From the NCBI RefSeq assembly GCF_964355755.1, contig NC_092679.1, forward strand, positions 13,065,432 through 13,129,431: a stretch of DNA of 64,000 nt. The letters run 5' to 3'. The DNA is from Antedon mediterranea. Its lineage: Eukaryota > Animalia > Echinodermata. The notes under the pieces are model-generated. The model had not been told where the DNA came from. It worked only from the letters and a program-made list of their open reading frames with translations, and did no database searches. Of the stretch, positions 61,825-64,000 are shown one piece after another. How positions within the stretch are numbered: position 1 is the stretch's first letter; the number at the start of each line of letters is the position of its first letter. Position numbers and translations under genes: made by a program.

Positions 61825-63019
61825 AGAAAGACCGTCCACGACAGGACATTCTCCGCGAGCTACATGGTAGTGCATGTTTCTCTCTTTTTATCATAATTTA
61901 CCATAAAACGTACATTTAAGACCTGGAATGACATGGCTTAATGTTGTTAAGGTATATATATAAATATATGCATTATTTTTTAAAAACGTCACAAATTGTA
62001 GGGAATGGGTCTTTAAATATTTTTTGTTGAATTTGCCAATTAAATATCACATAATAATTATTTAAATTGGATCGAAGTGCAAGCTGATAAGTTTTAAAAT
62101 TTCATTTGTTTTCACTGCATGGTATTCTTTAATACTTTCTAGTCACCATTAAGGAAATAATCTTAGTAGATGAGTATTCTTAGCAAAGATTAAAGCAGAT
62201 TTAAAACCTAGGCCCAACACAAAACAATATGGCCTCCAGAGGCATGCATGGTAGCTCATCTAGAGAGGCTAGCCCCTCTACTGCTAGGCATAACACTAGG
62301 AACACTAAGAAGAAGGGAAGCAATAAACAACCCAATTCTAAGGCAGATGCTGAAACAAAATGCACTAAATGTTTTAAACCAGTGGAGGAAAATATGAAGT
62401 TTTTAAAATGTGACTTTTGTGGAACAAAAACTTGTGTTGATTGTACAGGCCTAGCAGAGTCAGTGTATAATGCCATAGTGTCTTGCCCGCTACCAAACTT
62501 TATTTGGTCATGTAATTCTTGCTCTAATGCAATACCTACGATCAAGAATGTTAGTAAAATGATGAAAGGAATTATAGATGATCAAAAAATACTATCAAAA
62601 GGAGATATGATTCAAGTTTTTAAAATGGTGACAGGCCTAAGTGGTAGTGGAATGCGTAACTTCTTCCCTATGAAAACATACGAGAGAAACCTAAGAAGAC
62701 ATAGATACACCATATATAAGCGACGACCTAAACTGGATATCCGCAAGTAAAATTTTTCTTAACACTACCACAGTAAACGCCTTTAAAAATAAACTTGATA
62801 AATTCATTGAAAAAAAATACAAATTTACTTTTATGGGATAAAGTGTATTGCAGAAGAATTTAAATCAAGGAAACGAATGAAAAAAAAAAACAAACCAAAA
62901 AAAAAAACCATGCAGTGATGACTTGAAGAAATTGGGAGGGCATGACATGTACCATACAGAAATGTATGGTCTACTTACGAGCCCGACAAGACAGGTGATT
63001 ACAGGTGATTACAGGTGAT
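61825..63019 (+). mobile_element. Internally deleted CR1-like LINE: ORF1 PHD finger fused to the ORF2 tail and 3' UTR
   Basis: ORF 62229-62750: C..C(KCTKC)..CDFC..CVDC..WSCNSC, then GDMIQVFK..RRH..LDIRK. 3' tail (ACAGGTGATT)3 at 62991-63019. The 5' boundary is approximate. Confidence 0.8.
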
Positions 63020-64000
63020 ACACTTTCATTCATTCATTCATCTTTTATTTCGAAAAAAAAAAAAATTCTTTAACGTAACGTCATTTAACTTTAGCTGCAT
63101 GCGAAGAAGTAGTCACCGATCCAAACGGAACCCACGCGCCCGATACGCATACAACCAAAACGTTGAGTGCACTCTACTCCATGTTGATCACACACAACAC
63201 AACTAAACTAGGCCCGGCGTGTTGCAGAAAAATAAAAATAGTCATTATTTTATTTTAAAAAGACATGGCTGATAAATTTTAGGGAGGGAGGGGGGGGGGG
63301 GCTAAAGCCTGTTTAGCCCCCGCCTAAATCCGTGCATGTGTTCCCATTAATTAATCAAAATCCTAAAACGATCTAAAGTTAATTTAAATGCCTTTTGGAA
63401 CAAAATTAGTACTTAATATCTCTCCAAAAATGTATCCATCGCTAAACCATAACAATATAGACTGGGCGCCTAGAAAGTTTATTCATGTGAAAAGTCACAA
63501 AAGGTTTGATGGGCTGATTATTTAGATATATGGCTAAGATTTAATAATCAATATTGCTGCCGGGTCCTGTAAATTTCGTCACTAAGGGACACTGTATTGA
63601 TTGATGGAAAGTGCCTGTTTCCAGTCACTTTAGGGTCAAATCTATTATTTTAACTGCTCCCTTGTGTATAAAAGAGAAAAAATATTTGAAACCAGGTTGT
63701 TGCAAGGTGAACTTATCTTAAACCCGGAAATTACTTTTACCGGGAAGAATTGAAATTGAGATGAAAATCTAATGTTGAAATCATAAATTTTGTTAAAAAA
63801 CTCTTTAAAATATCTTCCTAAGATAGAAATATGGAACAATAGCGTCGATGTGAAAACTAATGTTATCAAATCTACATTTCACGGTACATCTCAGATAGAT
63901 AAGGTAGGTATTCAAGGCGGAGATTTGTACCGAAGTTTTTGCATTGTGCTCGCCTATGTCAGAATTAACCATAATTTATATATAGATGCCAGGTCAATTT

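Noticed and set aside
61459-63338. hAT-like MITE (CAGGGGCGGATCCAG ... AAATCCGTGCATG) enclosing the CR1 derivative
   Set aside because: The ends are only loosely complementary and no 8-bp TSD is visible, so boundaries cannot be supported.
63895-63986. Possible 9-nt exon (CAG|ATAGATAAG|GTAGGT) and a minus-strand Helitron-like 5' end (TCTATATATAAAT at 63986)
   Set aside because: The acceptor lacks a good pyrimidine tract and no matching 3' hairpin-CTAG could be assigned. Too little evidence at the window edge.

Overview
AT-rich, intron-containing animal DNA. It is most likely a marine invertebrate deuterostome (echinoderm-like), inferred from the repeat and protein families, not proven. No prokaryotic operons, rRNA or CRISPR arrays were seen. 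Two host genes can be assembled from splice signals, both on +. (1) A secreted protein at ~10953/13692-18953 made of three tandem A-B pairs of ~145-aa Cys-containing domains, each on its own phase-1 exon. Its promoter and signal exon are tandemly duplicated and the middle pair is decaying. (2) The extracellular half of an IL-17 receptor/Sef-like gene: 8 in-phase exons at 32496-39867, with the 5' end unresolved and no further exon found in the window. The rest is mostly transposable elements: CR1/L2-group LINE relics, Helitrons, Helentron-type HINEs, MITEs, SINE fragments and satellites. The standout is an ~18-kb nested stack at 40197-58238 with intact target-site duplications: Helitron > CACTG/EnSpm-like > Kolobok > (P-like MITE; Harbinger derivative; long-TIR Academ-like element > Gypsy LTR element > LINE tail). 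The Kolobok carries a KolX/P2X7-ballast-like pseudogene and a second, diverged KolX-like first exon pointing inward from its opposite end. All calls are by eye; no database searches were run.
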